Assembly (NCBI GenBank): GCA_963535465.1
Contig: CAUSWF010000002.1
Location: 64,606-128,605 of the forward strand
Direction: 5' to 3'
Source of the DNA: an uncultured Erysipelotrichaceae bacterium
Lineage (GTDB): Bacteria; Bacillota_I; Bacilli_A; RF39; UBA660
DNA: 64,000 nt
The stretch's first letter is position 1; every line of letters starts with the position of its first letter. This document shows, in pieces, positions 1 through 10,750 of this stretch. The notes below the pieces were generated by a model, which saw only the letters and a program-made list of their open reading frames with translations, was not told the origin of the DNA and did not search any database. Made by a program: the position numbers and the translations under genes.

Positions 1-1943
1 GGAGAACCTACCTGTCTTACTCTTGGTATTTTATTAGGATCTGGATAAGTAGCACGAGGTCTATTTATAAAGTATTTATAAAATCCTCTATCTCTTGCCC
101 ATGTAAGCATAGATACACGAGTTGCTTCTATATTAGCTTGACAATTATAATACATTAACATTTGCATAGCTGTTTTGTAAGCAACTCTAACATCGTCAGG
201 TCTTGCTAAATAGTAGGCTACATACATTGGTTCTTGATTTCCAAAAGCTCTTTTCTTTATAGTAATACAGAATTTAGAAGGAGATTTAGTAGCTTCAGAT
301 GTTTGATCTTGTCCTATATCAATAGAGTCAATTCCAGCTACATATAAATTTTTCATTTCTTTATAAGAAATTTTATTTCCTTCTTCATCTTCTGATTGTA
401 ATAACCATAATGGTTGCTATATTATATGAACTTCGCCTGTATTAGTTGGAATAAACTAAACATCTGTAATATTATCACACATATCCTATTTTCTTCCATT
501 ATTTGTTTTAAATATAAATTTAAATTCTCCATGTTGTACTTTAGGACCTTGCTTATGTAAACGTATCTAAGCTAACTAATCTGCAAGTAAAACCTTATTA
601 AATTTATTATCTCCTTCAAGGGCAAAGGCTTCTTCAGCAGTAAAACAATACTCAGCACAGTATGTTACTAAAGCTTTAGGATCTTTATATCTGTCTCTAT
701 GTTTTTGATAATGTTCTTTAGCTTTTACTTGGTCAACAACTCCTCTAGAATCTACCATATCAGGTAAATCTAAAGCAGAATAAGATGGAATAAAAAATCC
801 AGTAAATACTTGACTTCCATCATCAGTGTAATTATGTCTATAAGGCAATACAAGATAGGATTCTGGATCATAATATATTGTTTTTAATCCATCCAAGGCC
901 GCACCCGAGTCCCCTCCAGTACCACCTGCTATAAGGATACCCATTTTATTACCTCCAACATCTACTAAAGCTTCTCCTTGAATAAAAGATTTTAGTAAAG
1001 TCGGATTAGATCCAGCTTCTTCAAACATAACAAGTTCCGCACGATCACCTCTTACTTTTGAAGGTTTATCAGCAACAATGCCTTCAATTTGAGACTTCCA
1101 TCCATCTTCTACTTTTTGTCCATTTATTATTTTATAAAAAGAGGCTCTTTTAATATCTGCCTTATCAACAACTTGTCTTAATTTAAAAAATCCTCCATCT
1201 GTTTTATCATTTAGGAAAGTTAAAGCTCCCCATACTTTCTCTAGAGTTTTTTCTAATTTACCAGAATCAAAAGCAGTAATCATAGTAATACTATCTCTAT
1301 AACAAGAGTACTCATTAGCACATACAGATGCTAATATTTCCGAAAAACCTACAGCACGGCTTTTCATCATACATATATTTCTTCTTAATAATTTACATAA
1401 TTCTAAATAATGAAAGAACTCATACTAACATACCATAAACCGTGGAAATATATTTTTACGTGCTGTACCAGCTTTTTCTACTCTAGAATTTTTAAGTTGA
1501 TAGTAATTTAAAAAGAAATAATTACATCCTGTAATAGTATAACCATTAACAGTCATTCCATTACGGCATCTTTTATATTCTTGATTCCAGAAATCTCTGT
1601 ATAATTTAGATCCAAATTGATATTGACAATAATGTCCTGTCTTTTCAAAATTATCTCTTGCTTCTGTAAACCATGAAGGATTAAAATCGAGACCGTGTAT
1701 TGCATCTATTGGTTTATATCCACATATTTCGTAGGATTGTGTTCTATCAAAAAAAGATATAGTCTAACTAATTGGGTAATCCCATTCAAAATTAGTTCTG
1801 ACTATATCTTTCTCTATATCCTAAATAAATTCCTTTTCTTCCTTAGCTTCGGCCTGTTTTGTAGCATCTATAATAGACTAAACCTCATCAGGAAGTTTAA
1901 TTTTTCTAGGACGACCTCTTTTACGTTTTTTAATTTCTTCCAT
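1..1943 (-). CDS. terL: terminase large subunit, N-terminal ~647 codons; gene runs off the window at position 1; translated through multiple in-frame TAG codons
   Basis: ATG at 1943-1941 overlaps the upstream TAA (ATGTAATGG). Reading the minus strand gives MEEIKKRKRGRPRKIKLPDEV[TAG]SIIDATKQAEAKEEKEFI[TAG]DIEK...FPRFMVC[TAG]YEFFHYLE...MMKSRAVGFSEILASV... This continues into the listed 264-aa ORF (576..1370), which ends only at a TAG, and beyond it towards position 1. The product has a T4 gp17-like terminase ATPase/nuclease layout. The only stops in frame are TAG. Confidence 0.7.
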
Positions 1944-2485
1944 TACATATCTGTTGGTAAGAATCCATCAGTAGCACCTGCTCTAATTGCTGAGGCTTCT
2001 TGTTGCTCTTTTTGAACTTGCTGTTCTAATATTTTTAATTCATCATTTACTTTAGATATCTAAGACATTTCTTTCATAATATCAGAAACTTTATAAATAG
2101 GTTTACCTGTCTAATCATCAACTTCCATAGGATTAACAGTTTCAAAGTAAATAATAAATTTATCAACAGCCATCTAAGCAGCTTTAAGCATACGTATAGT
2201 ACGATTAGATTCTTGTATTTCTTTATATTTTCTACAAGCAGCTCTAAAAGTAGGATCATTCCATTCTTCTTCTGAAAGTCCTGCATCTTTTAAAGCTTCT
2301 TGGTGTCTATCTTGTTCTGTGTAATCTTTATAAAAAGATTCCCAGTCTATAGCTAAGTATATATATGTAAATTCTCGGTAAGCTCTTAAATGTTTCTTAC
2401 CTGTTTTATCTTCAGTGCAAACATTTCTCTTATCATCCATTAAAGCAGCAAATTCTCTAATTAAAAGAATTTGCCCTTTTTCCAA
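1943..2485 (-). CDS. hypothetical late protein (candidate small terminase subunit by position), 3 in-frame TAG codons, ends at TAA
   Basis: The listed 103-aa ORF 2174..2485 continues through TAG at 2174-2176 and two more TAGs to TAA at 1945-1943: ...MLKAA[Q]MAVDKFIIYFETVNPMEVDD[Q]TGKPIYKVSDIMKEMS[Q]ISKVNDELKILEQQVQKEQQEASAIRAGATDGFLPTDM*. It is translationally coupled to terL. Confidence 0.45.
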
Positions 2486-2535
2486 TTCTACCTAACCACT
2501 TGCATTATTGTACTGAAAAATATGTAACATTATAA

Positions 2536-3855
2536 TTATTTATTTAAATGAAGAATGCTTCTAAGTTTAACAAAATCAATATTACCTCCATTAAGACATT
2601 TCTTCATCTTTCCACCTTTTTTATCTTCTCTTACTTCAAACTGTGCTTTAGTTTTAGAAGATTGACTATTAAATTTTTTAATTAATCCTTGAAGTTCTTG
2701 TTCTTCCGCTGGAGTAAGTTTACCTTTAGCTCTTTTAGAAGTAAGTTGATACTGACGTGCATTATCTTGTTTAGTATAAGTAGGAACAACTTTTACATTA
2801 GAATTACCTGTACGCATATTTGAAACTGTAGAAGAAATTGCTTTTTTCTTAGTTTTATCTGCTGGCATTTCCATACCTTCTTCAGCAGTTCTCATTCCAC
2901 GACAAGCAGAGCATATACGACCTCCTGCTTTAAAATAATATTTATAAGTACCTTCAGGACATTCCCCTTTAATTTGTTTAATATAGTTTAATTTAGCACC
3001 AAGCTTTGCCATCTAGGTCTGTTTATTAGCTTCTTCTTGAAGATATTGTTGAAACTATTTCCAAGATTCTTCATTTGGTTGTAAATTATTAGCTTTACAA
3101 AATTCTGCAAAAGCTCTTTTAATTTCTTCGTTTTGGTCTAATTGACCTCCATTCTAATATTTCATACTATCGTTATTATAATCAAGTCTAATTCTACGTC
3201 TATCTCTAGCTCCAATATGCCCTTTAATACCTGTAGCTGCAAGATATTTTTCCCAATCTTCATCTTTACTAACATCTAATCCTCTATTTTTTAATTTAAT
3301 AGCTAAATCATTAATAAATAAATCTTTCCCCGGATTTATTAATGCGTTTCTAAATTGATCTATATTTTGTATACCATTATATCCTCTATCCATTAAAGAT
3401 CCAGATTGATTACGTAATCCTTGTCTTACAATAGCTCTATTTACTTGATTAAGTCTTGGCTATACATTTTTTCCAATTTCTGGTGTATAATTGTACACAT
3501 TAGGAGTAGTATTAAAAGAATGGTTTTCAAATTGTTCAGGAGTAGTTTTATCACCGTATCTAAATGTTTTAGCCATATTTAAAGCATTAGCTGTTTCATT
3601 TCCCCATAAACCATCTTCTTTAATATAACCTACTTCATTTCCATACATAGCATTGTACCATTTCTAAAAAGCAAGGGCATTATCAAAACCATGAGATTCT
3701 ACTCCATTATTATCCCATGTAATATTATTTAAATCTGGATTAGCATTAGCAAAAGCTTGAGCATATCCTAAACCATTATAACGACCTCTTTTAACTATTG
3801 CATTATCTTGTTTATATCTATACTAATCCCACTTTTGTACTGGTTTTTTTATCAT
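2536..3855 (-). CDS. hypothetical late/virion protein (~440 aa) with 6 in-frame TAG; C-terminal Cys-rich zinc-ribbon-like segment
   Basis: The listed minus-strand ORFs 3460..3648, 3154..3393 and 2536..3012 are in one frame, separated only by TAG codons at 3823, 3664, 3460, 3154, 3058 and 3013. The single product runs from MIKKPVQKWD[Q]YRYK... through ...GLWGNETANALN... and ...CSACRG... to ...LHLNK*, ending at TAA at 2536. Confidence 0.5.
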
Positions 3856-4065
3856 AGTTTAATTAAATCCTTAGTATTAAAAATTGCTTCCTATAATTTA
3901 TTATCTGTTGAGAACCATCTACATTTAATTCCTCGAAGAATTGGTTCTTTATCAGCATTTAGATGCTTGAATATTGTTGTTTCTTTCTTTATTACCAGCA
4001 TAGTAGGTTTATTAGGAATATCCTATTTAAGCGTTACTATATCTCCAGGCATAAAGTATATTTTA

Positions 4066-4662
4066 TCATTTATCATTATTATTAAATCTTTCTGTTAGTC
4101 CAGAGTTAAAAATAGCTATAAGACTATGTTCATTAACAAGAACAAAACCTTTACGATAAAATGGTATTATAGTTTCAGATGGTTTACGCCACATTACTAT
4201 ATCACCTACTTTAGTATAAGTGCATTTAGTTCCTACTTCCATAACTTTTCCTACTTTAATAAATGGATCTTCTTCATGCATAGCACCATCTTCTCTACTT
4301 TTATAAATAGGTGCTTTACCTCCAAGATCAACAATTAAACCATCAACTTTTTTAATTCGTTGAAAAGGATTAACTACAAAAGGAGAAATAATTATGCCTT
4401 CGTAAAGAGGTTTCATTTCTAAAGTATCTAGGTTAATGTCTTTACTATAATCTGTTAATTGTTTGTTATAATTATCTAAATTAGATAAATATTCATTTAC
4501 ATCTTCTTTATGCTTATTTTCTTTTTCTATAACAAGATCATCTATTGTTTGATCTTTATTTACTATGAAACTTTTAGAATCTTCTGAACTTACTTTGATT
4601 GCTACTTTTTCTTTATTAGACGGAGTAGTATTAACGTCTCTTCCATTAATTGTTCTTATCAT
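4066..4662 (-). CDS. GroES/cpn10-like co-chaperonin (T4 gp31-like) with N-terminal extension
   Basis: The C-terminal ~100 aa (MKPLYEGIIISPF...GLIVDLGG...FIKVGKVMEVGTK...TKVGDIVMW...EHSLIAI) follow the GroES pattern (PLgDRVlv...gGIilp...G.VvAvG.G...vkvGD.Vlf...e.dILAi). No in-frame TAG; TGA stop. Confidence 0.5.
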   Translation of the reverse strand: MIRTINGRDVNTTPSNKEKVAIKVSSEDSKSFIVNKDQTIDDLVIEKENKHKEDVNEYLSNLDNYNKQLTDYSKDINLDTLEMKPLYEGIIISPFVVNPFQRIKKVDGLIVDLGGKAPIYKSREDGAMHEEDPFIKVGKVMEVGTKCTYTKVGDIVMWRKPSETIIPFYRKGFVLVNEHSLIAIFNSGLTERFNNNDK

Positions 4663-4663
4663 A

Positions 4664-4903
4664 TTACCATTTATTACTAGGACATTTTTCTTCTTTTACA
4701 GAAGTTTTTAAATTGATAAAACATCCACATAGACCACATATTTTTTGATTATCTATTACCTCTAAATATTTACATCTATTACAATACTTTAATCTATTAA
4801 AAGAAAGCTCTTTATTTTTTCCAATAGTATAATTGAATAAACCTTTTATTATATGTTTAATTTTCGTTGGAAAATTCTCCATAATATTTTTTAGCTGCTT
4901 CAT
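4664..4903 (-). CDS. small Cys-rich (putative Zn-binding) protein, paralogue of 5474..5740
   Basis: 79-aa ORF with a CxxC...CGLCGC...KT...CPSNKW pattern shared with the ORF at 5474..5740. Confidence 0.35.
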   Translation of the reverse strand: MKQLKNIMENFPTKIKHIIKGLFNYTIGKNKELSFNRLKYCNRCKYLEVIDNQKICGLCGCFINLKTSVKEEKCPSNKW

Positions 4904-5480
4904 TCCTAGCTTTAACAGCTTCTTCTAATGTATCATAACGTCCAATATATTTAGTTTTATTATTTAATGTAATTTGGGCAGTCCACTTATTTTTATCTTT
5001 TGAAAAATATACACCTTTATGTCCAGATGTATTATTTTTTGGGACAGTACAATTACATAAATTTTGTTGGTTTGTACAAATTCTTAGATTGCATTTTCTA
5101 TTATCTAACCCATTATGATTGATATGATCTATCAATATTTTTGGATCAGTAATATTTAAAATATACCTATGCAATCTTCTAAATTGTTTATTATTAGAAG
5201 TACAATAATATGTATTTCTTTGCAGATCTGATTTATGCCATCTTATAGCTTTTACTTTTTCTATATCTTCTATATCTATTAAAGCTTTTCCACATATTTC
5301 ATTATCCCTATTTATTAAAAATATTTCAGCATGATCGTCAACTATTTCTATATGGTTTGTTTTATCTTTATACGAATATTTAAAAATTTTTCCGTATCTT
5401 CTTATTTGTGTATAATGTTTAGAACATAATCCATTAGCACAAACTTTTTTACCACATCCTTCAATTTTACATATTACCAT
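4857..5480 (-). CDS. HNH homing endonuclease with C-terminal AP2 DNA-binding domain
   Basis: HNH core ...HINHNGLDNRKCNLRI... C-terminal AP2-like segment GVYFSKDKNKWTAQIT...KYIGRYDTLEEAVKARNEAAKKYYGEF. Confidence 0.7.
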   Translation of the reverse strand: MVICKIEGCGKKVCANGLCSKHYTQIRRYGKIFKYSYKDKTNHIEIVDDHAEIFLINRDNEICGKALIDIEDIEKVKAIRWHKSDLQRNTYYCTSNNKQFRRLHRYILNITDPKILIDHINHNGLDNRKCNLRICTNQQNLCNCTVPKNNTSGHKGVYFSKDKNKWTAQITLNNKTKYIGRYDTLEEAVKARNEAAKKYYGEFSNEN

Positions 5481-5740
5481 TGTTCACAAGGGCAAACACT
5501 ATCCCTATTTTTTGTTTTATATTTTAAAACACAGCCGCATCCTTTAAAATAACCATCTTTCTTTTCTAAACTAACATCTTTTGTTTTAGGATTCATATAT
5601 AATTTAGGATTACATATTCCTCCGAACTCATCCTTATATAAAGGACATTTTTTACATATATCTATTCTTATTTTAGATATATCCTTATTAAGACCAAGTA
5701 ATTCATTTACATGACCTTTTATTATATTGCCAACTTCCAT
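5474..5740 (-). CDS. small Cys-rich protein, paralogue of 4664..4903
   Basis: 88 aa with C..C...C.C...KT...CPCEQW and the same Cys spacing as 4664..4903. The two flank the HNH-AP2 gene. Confidence 0.35.
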   Translation of the reverse strand: MEVGNIIKGHVNELLGLNKDISKIRIDICKKCPLYKDEFGGICNPKLYMNPKTKDVSLEKKDGYFKGCGCVLKYKTKNRDSVCPCEQW

Positions 5741-5776
5741 AATGTTTGTTTATTATCCTATTTTCTGATGATAATC

Positions 5777-7693
5777 TTAATATTCTATCGGTTTAAGTTT
5801 GGCTAATTTTTCTTGTTTAAAAACAGACTTTTTATAAAATTTTAGCATTGATTCTACTTCTTTCTTTAAATAAGGTAAATGATAAACTGTTTGATTATCA
5901 TTATGATCAAAGTGTACTAATATTAAATCTTTAATAGTATATTCTGGATTAATTTTTTGTAACATCCATGCATAAGTAGATAACTGTAAAGCATAATGCC
6001 AGTAATTGCAATCTTCCAAAGTGTTCAATGGATACTTCATTTTAACAGAACTACGAGTTTTAGTATCAAAGCCACTATGTTGTTTGATTTCTTTATTAGT
6101 ATTATGTGTAATTATACATTTATTAGTAACTAAAAAAGTATGTAAAGGGCTGTCTACTTCTAAACATTGTGTTGGAATAGTTTCTGTAATTTCTACTTTA
6201 TTAATATTTCTAAATGAATTTTTATCTATTTTTGGAAATTCAATTTCTTGATTTCTTATTAAAAAAGGATTTAATCCATTAGTTGAGAAACATACATCCC
6301 AAGCAATAAATTCTTTACCATTACATTTTTTTATTACTTCAAAAACAGTAGATTTTATACCTAATGTTCCTAATAATTTTACAGTACAATCTCTTTGCCA
6401 TTCTTGGCCCGTAGACATTACAAAACGTTTTCTTTTAGGATGATAATAACCATCAGTATCCATTAATCCTCTTAATAAGTCTAATCTTTGATTAAATGAA
6501 GCTGTATAATACTCTTCTGGAATATGTTTATTTTTTAAAAGATTCATTTTATTTAATAAAGTTCTTAATCCATAAACAGTCCTCATTTCAGTATTTTCTC
6601 TATCAGGATTATGTTGGGCATTTTCCCCTATATCAAAGCCACGATGTTTTAGTTCATCCCATAATTTAGATTGACTTGCTTGCGTAATAATACCACAATC
6701 TTTTGAACCATCACCTAACCAAACTCCTAATAAATAAGGATCTATTAGTAAATCTTTAGTTGGAGTATTAATAGGTTTTGGATTTAGTATTTTAGGAATT
6801 GTATAAGAATTTCTAGTATAAGTTTGCATATAATTATAAAGTTCCTTTGTAGTTATTACTCCTTTAGTATAAGGTGTTTTTTTACTTTGATTTTTAAATG
6901 ATACTTCCCAACGGTGATCTTCATCAGCTACTATAGTGTCTCCGTTATCAAAAGTTATTTTGAAGCATGGATTATTATGTATAGATGATTTATGCAAAAT
7001 TCGTGTAGGATTACCGTCTCCATCAAAAATAACATCCCCTTCTTTTACAGCTCCTATAGTAGTCCATCCAGAATTTGTTAATATTTCTGTGTCTAAAGGT
7101 AATCCTTTCCAATCCATGACTGTTATTTCATTACCTTGTTTAACTAATAAATCAATCTGTCCTGCAATTCTTAGCATGTTATCAGGAGAAGTACGAGAAA
7201 TTAAGTATTCAGGATATACTCCATTTTCTAAATCTAACGCAGTTCTTCCTTTATCGCATATAAATTTACCTCCTACACCAAATTTCTTTAGTGATACATT
7301 AGCACCCATCTTATACATACTTTGCTCTAGATCTGAATGTATTTTAGTACCTCTTTCACAAGATTCTCTATTAGTTTTATCCCATTCATCTAAAATACCT
7401 TGTTGTGCTTTATTAAAATCAAGTTCAGTAATATCATACGTACTTAAAAGTTCTTTAGGTATTTTGTGTGTATTCAACAAAGATTTTCTTTCTATTTTCC
7501 AAGCATCTGAGGGAATTAACTTTTCTAATGCCTTATATCCAGACCAAAAATCTTTATCAAAGGGTTGAGCAAACTTTTCTATTAAAGTTGTTACTGAAAT
7601 AAATCTATCATTTGTATCTGTATTCCAGTATACATGGTCATTTTCACTGAATGCAATGCTTCCATTCTGTTTGTCTATTTTCATATTATTCAT
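5777..7693 (-). CDS. PD-(D/E)XK exonuclease (lambda-exo / YqaJ-like) interrupted by a LAGLIDADG intein
   Basis: N-extein (aa 1-196) ...SVTTLI...GQIDLLVKQGNEITVMDWK. C-extein (aa 532-638) TNKEIKQHSGFDTKTRSS...YWHYALQLSTYAWML, typical of phage-type exonuclease motif III and the C-terminal Q/Y motif. Between them is a 335-aa Hint + LAGLIDADG insertion. No TAG codons. Confidence 0.65.
   Translation of the reverse strand: MNNMKIDKQNGSIAFSENDHVYWNTDTNDRFISVTTLIEKFAQPFDKDFWSGYKALEKLIPSDAWKIERKSLLNTHKIPKELLSTYDITELDFNKAQQGILDEWDKTNRESCERGTKIHSDLEQSMYKMGANVSLKKFGVGGKFICDKGRTALDLENGVYPEYLISRTSPDNMLRIAGQIDLLVKQGNEITVMDWKGLPLDTEILTNSGWTTIGAVKEGDVIFDGDGNPTRILHKSSIHNNPCFKITFDNGDTIVADEDHRWEVSFKNQSKKTPYTKGVITTKELYNYMQTYTRNSYTIPKILNPKPINTPTKDLLIDPYLLGVWLGDGSKDCGIITQASQSKLWDELKHRGFDIGENAQHNPDRENTEMRTVYGLRTLLNKMNLLKNKHIPEEYYTASFNQRLDLLRGLMDTDGYYHPKRKRFVMSTGQEWQRDCTVKLLGTLGIKSTVFEVIKKCNGKEFIAWDVCFSTNGLNPFLIRNQEIEFPKIDKNSFRNINKVEITETIPTQCLEVDSPLHTFLVTNKCIITHNTNKEIKQHSGFDTKTRSSVKMKYPLNTLEDCNYWHYALQLSTYAWMLQKINPEYTIKDLILVHFDHNDNQTVYHLPYLKKEVESMLKFYKKSVFKQEKLAKLKPIEY
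6101..7105 (-). mobile_element. intein (Hint domain with two LAGLIDADG motifs) inserted directly after the catalytic Lys of the exonuclease; residue 1 is Gly rather than Cys/Ser
   Basis: Block A GLPLDTEILT (canonical CLxxDTxIxT with G in place of C). Block B DTIVADEDH. LAGLIDADG motifs LLGVWLGDGS and LLRGLMDTDGYY. C-terminal VTNKCIITHN followed by +1 Thr. Confidence 0.6.
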
Positions 7694-8379
7694 TTACATA
7701 TTTTTTTATATTATTATAATCTAGTATTGCTGCTAACTTAGAAATTTCTGGACCTATAACTACTGGATAATAAGGCATCTTATACTCTTTCTTCTTTTTA
7801 TAAAGTATTATTATTAATCCAATAGGACTATTACTTCCTGCTATAGGATAAAAAGCAGCAGCTCTAGCATTACTTGCTAAAAGTTTATTGTAAAATTTTG
7901 GCATAGAATATTTAATAGAATCTATATTATTTACTCTTAATAGAGAGTAATTATTTATTTTCTATAACTCATCTATATAATAAACATATTCAAGTTCATG
8001 CCATTCTCTTTTTGTTTCTTGCGAATCTATGCCTCTAGTCTTCTCAGTAAGGCAATTTAAATACTAGTAACTAAAACCTTGTAAACTTCTAGTTGAATTA
8101 TGATAACTTAAAAGTATTACATTTGTAGCATCAGGATCTTTATCAAGTATTGCCTAAACACTTCTATCTATTTCTGGAGCCATTTTAAGAGTATACTTTT
8201 CAGCTTCCTACTTATCATTCTCCATAGATTCAGCCCATTGTTTAATGCTGTTTTTGTTTTCAGAAATTATATAATTTCCGAGGCACCATCCTAATAATCC
8301 AATTATAATTACAGTTTTTGTTTGTGTGCCCAAACTATCTAAAAATTCCCAAATCTTTTTTATTAATTTTAATTTCATT
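7686..8379 (-). CDS. membrane-anchored late protein (~230 aa) with N-terminal TM helix, 4 in-frame TAG
   Basis: ATG at 8379-8377: MKLKLIKKIWEFLDSLGTQTKTVIIIGLLGWCLGNYII... It continues through TAG codons (8213, 8156, 8069, 7969) into the listed 72-aa ORF 7686..7904 and ends at TAA. Confidence 0.45.
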
Positions 8380-8560
8380 AAATTTTTAATTAATACTTTT
8401 TATTAAGCTTTTACTTCCTTTCAAATCTTTACGCAAATCTTAATTCTAAATATAATAAATAAACTTACTAAATTTTGAACTAAACAAATTTAATAATATT
8501 TTTACAGTAATCAAATTTAGAGATATAAATTATAACAATTTTTATAAATACGTTTATAAT

Positions 8561-9330
8561 ATGGCAGTAAATAATAGTATTTACAATAACAAAAATCCTA
8601 ATATTAAATATAATATTTAGAATTTATTTACTACGGCTAAAATTGCTTCTTTATTAAAGAAAGGAGGTAATGTACATAGAACAGATATATTTCCAGGGGT
8701 TATAGATACTAATGCTAATTTTGATAATATGAGTCCTAGGAAAAAAAGAAAAAAGATTAAAAAACATCAAGATGGAGGAGAAATAGAAGTGGTTGAATAT
8801 AATCCTGTAGTATTATCTTTAAAAAAATTAGATTATCCAGAACTAAATAATATTAATACTAAAACTTTAGATATATCTGGATTATCTTTTGATAAATTTA
8901 CTCCACCTTCTATAAATAATATGCGCGTATAGGAAAATTATCCTATAAATCCAAATATTAGTTTAGAAGATTTATTAAAACAAGAAGGAGTAAATGCAAA
9001 AGTTTCTTCTGGTTATAGAAAGGGAGCAATATCAAAAAATGGACATAAAAGTAATCATAGTCATTTAAATTCTGATGGAACTCCAGGAGCTTATGATATA
9101 GTTCCTAATGATGGTAACTTTGAAAATCTTAGAAAGGAGATATATGGTAATCCACGTATAGTTGCATGGCTTAAAGCTAAAGGTTGGGGTATTTTAGAAG
9201 AAACTACTCCTAATATTATGAGAAAAACTGGAGCTACAGGTAAACATTGGCATTTTGGTCCTGATACTGCAGCCTTAGATATGTCTAGATAGAATGGAAT
9301 TAATTATACTAAATTAGGAGGTTTATTATG
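8561..9330 (+). CDS. M15-family (VanY/L-Ala-D-Glu-type) zinc peptidase, likely virion-associated peptidoglycan peptidase; 3 in-frame TAG
   Basis: The ATG at 8561 is in frame with the listed ORF 8729..8932. The frame continues past TAG at 8618, 8930 and 9284 to TGA at 9328. Motifs: SGYR, HSHLNSDGTPGAYD (H...D zinc ligands) and terminal GKHWHFGP. Confidence 0.65.
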
Positions 9331-10470
9331 ATAGAAACTACAAAATATGATAATATAGATCAGTAGTTTGAATATCCAGATTTACCAAGTATTAATAATT
9401 CTAATAATACTATAATAGCAGATGAGGCTACTGAAAATTATCTTAGGGCTGTTCAAAATGAATATGCTTTAAAGGCTTAGAGAGATAAAGAATTATGGGA
9501 ACAACAATAGAACGTTAAAAATAATTAGCCTAATTAGTAGTATTCATTTACAGATAATAATATACCTCAAATAAGTAGTTCTAATAAACAAGGATCTTAG
9601 AAAGTAAAAGAAATACTTGATAATATGATACATGATCCTACTAAAAAAACTATATTGTTAAAAATTGCAGAAAAAGAATCTAATTTTAAAATAGATGCTA
9701 AAAATGCTAAAAGTTCTGCTAGCGGTTTATTTGGATTTTTAAATTCAACTAAACAAAAATATGGTTATGGTAATACTGCTGAATAGTAGATTTAGGGAGC
9801 ATCTAAATTATATGATGCTCATGCTACTTAGTTATAGTAGTATATAAATAAATATGGAACTAGAGGTAAATCAATAACTTAGTTAATGTATGGTATGTGG
9901 TTTAGACCTACTTCTTTACTTCATTATTTACAAACAGGTCAAGATGATTATAAAGATGCACAAGGAACTAGTTTAGAAAAAATATTTGCAAAAATGGCTA
10001 AAAATGGAGGAATATTAAAAGCATAGGATGGAATAATAATTCCAAAAGCTCCTAATACATTTAGATAGTATGGAATAGATCCTAATAAGTTTGTTAATAT
10101 GTGGAACGGACTTGTTAATAAAGGAATATCTCCACAAGTAGCATTTGATGCTACATGGCAAGCTAATAAAGAAGTTCCTAAAGGATATTATTCATATGGA
10201 AAAAAGAAACCTAATCTCAATAGTTGGGTAGAAGCTGCTTCAGATAGTTTAACCACAGGAGCATATAAAAAAGCAAAGAATGCTTAGAATTTTGATTAGT
10301 ATAGATAGGCTACTTTTAAATATAATAAAAATCCAGAATATACTAATTGGTTAAAAACTAATAGATAGGATGCTGTTAATTTTATAAACAGATATAGACA
10401 ACAAAACGGAATAGTAGGTAAACCTATAGCTTAGCTTATCCCAGTAACTTAGATAATTAATAACGTATGA
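9328..10470 (+). CDS. lytic transglycosylase (SLT-domain) protein, Q-rich, ~20 in-frame TAG
   Basis: ATG overlaps the previous TGA (ATGATAG). The SLT catalytic motif is LLKIAEKESNFKIDAKNAKSSASGLFGFLNSTKQKYGY. The frame is closed only by TGA at 10468-10470. Many TAGs sit within Q runs (WEQQ[*]NVKNN[*]PN[*][*]YSF). Confidence 0.6.
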
Positions 10471-10748
10471 TAAAGAATTTTATAAAAAGTATGTTACTAG
10501 CTACTCAAGGATCTATAAGTTCTAAAAGAGTTTGTGGAGTTCTTGGTTGGTTAGTATGTTTAGGTATTTGTATTTACTGTACAGTTGGTTAGATACAAGC
10601 TCCTATACTAGCAGACAGTGTTCTTATAGGTAGCGCAGCATTAATGGGCGTAGATAGTGTTACAGGTATATGGAAAAATAAAAGAGATATAAATATTATA
10701 AAAGAAAATGAAACTAATGTAGAACAAAATAATAGTTTAGTATAATAA
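10467..10748 (+). CDS. holin-like small membrane protein (2 TM), 1 in-frame TAG
   Basis: ATGA overlap start. 93 aa: MIKNFIKSMLLATQGSISSKRVCGVLGWLVCLGICIYCTVG[Q]IQAPILADSVLIGSAALMGVDSVTGIWKNKRD... It lies between the peptidoglycan-hydrolase genes. Confidence 0.45.
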
Positions 10749-10750
10749 AT

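Noticed and set aside
7040-7110. Possibility that the intein N-terminus is mis-assigned and a Cys lies nearby
   Set aside because: Block A aligns unambiguously (GLPLDTEILT versus CLxxDTxIxT) with G at position 1. No in-frame Cys or Ser lies between the catalytic K and this block. Kept as a finding rather than treated as an annotation error.
6936-7568. 210-aa plus-strand ORF, and 6006..6251, inside the exonuclease/intein gene
   Set aside because: Antisense to a well-supported minus-strand gene. Low-complexity Ser/Leu-rich translation. Spurious.
9316-9321. AGGAGG 7 nt upstream of the ATG at 9328 looked like a strong Shine-Dalgarno
   Set aside because: It lies inside the upstream coding frame (..LGG..). 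Essentially no other gene in the window has an SD, which is expected for a Bacteroidota host. It is probably coincidental.
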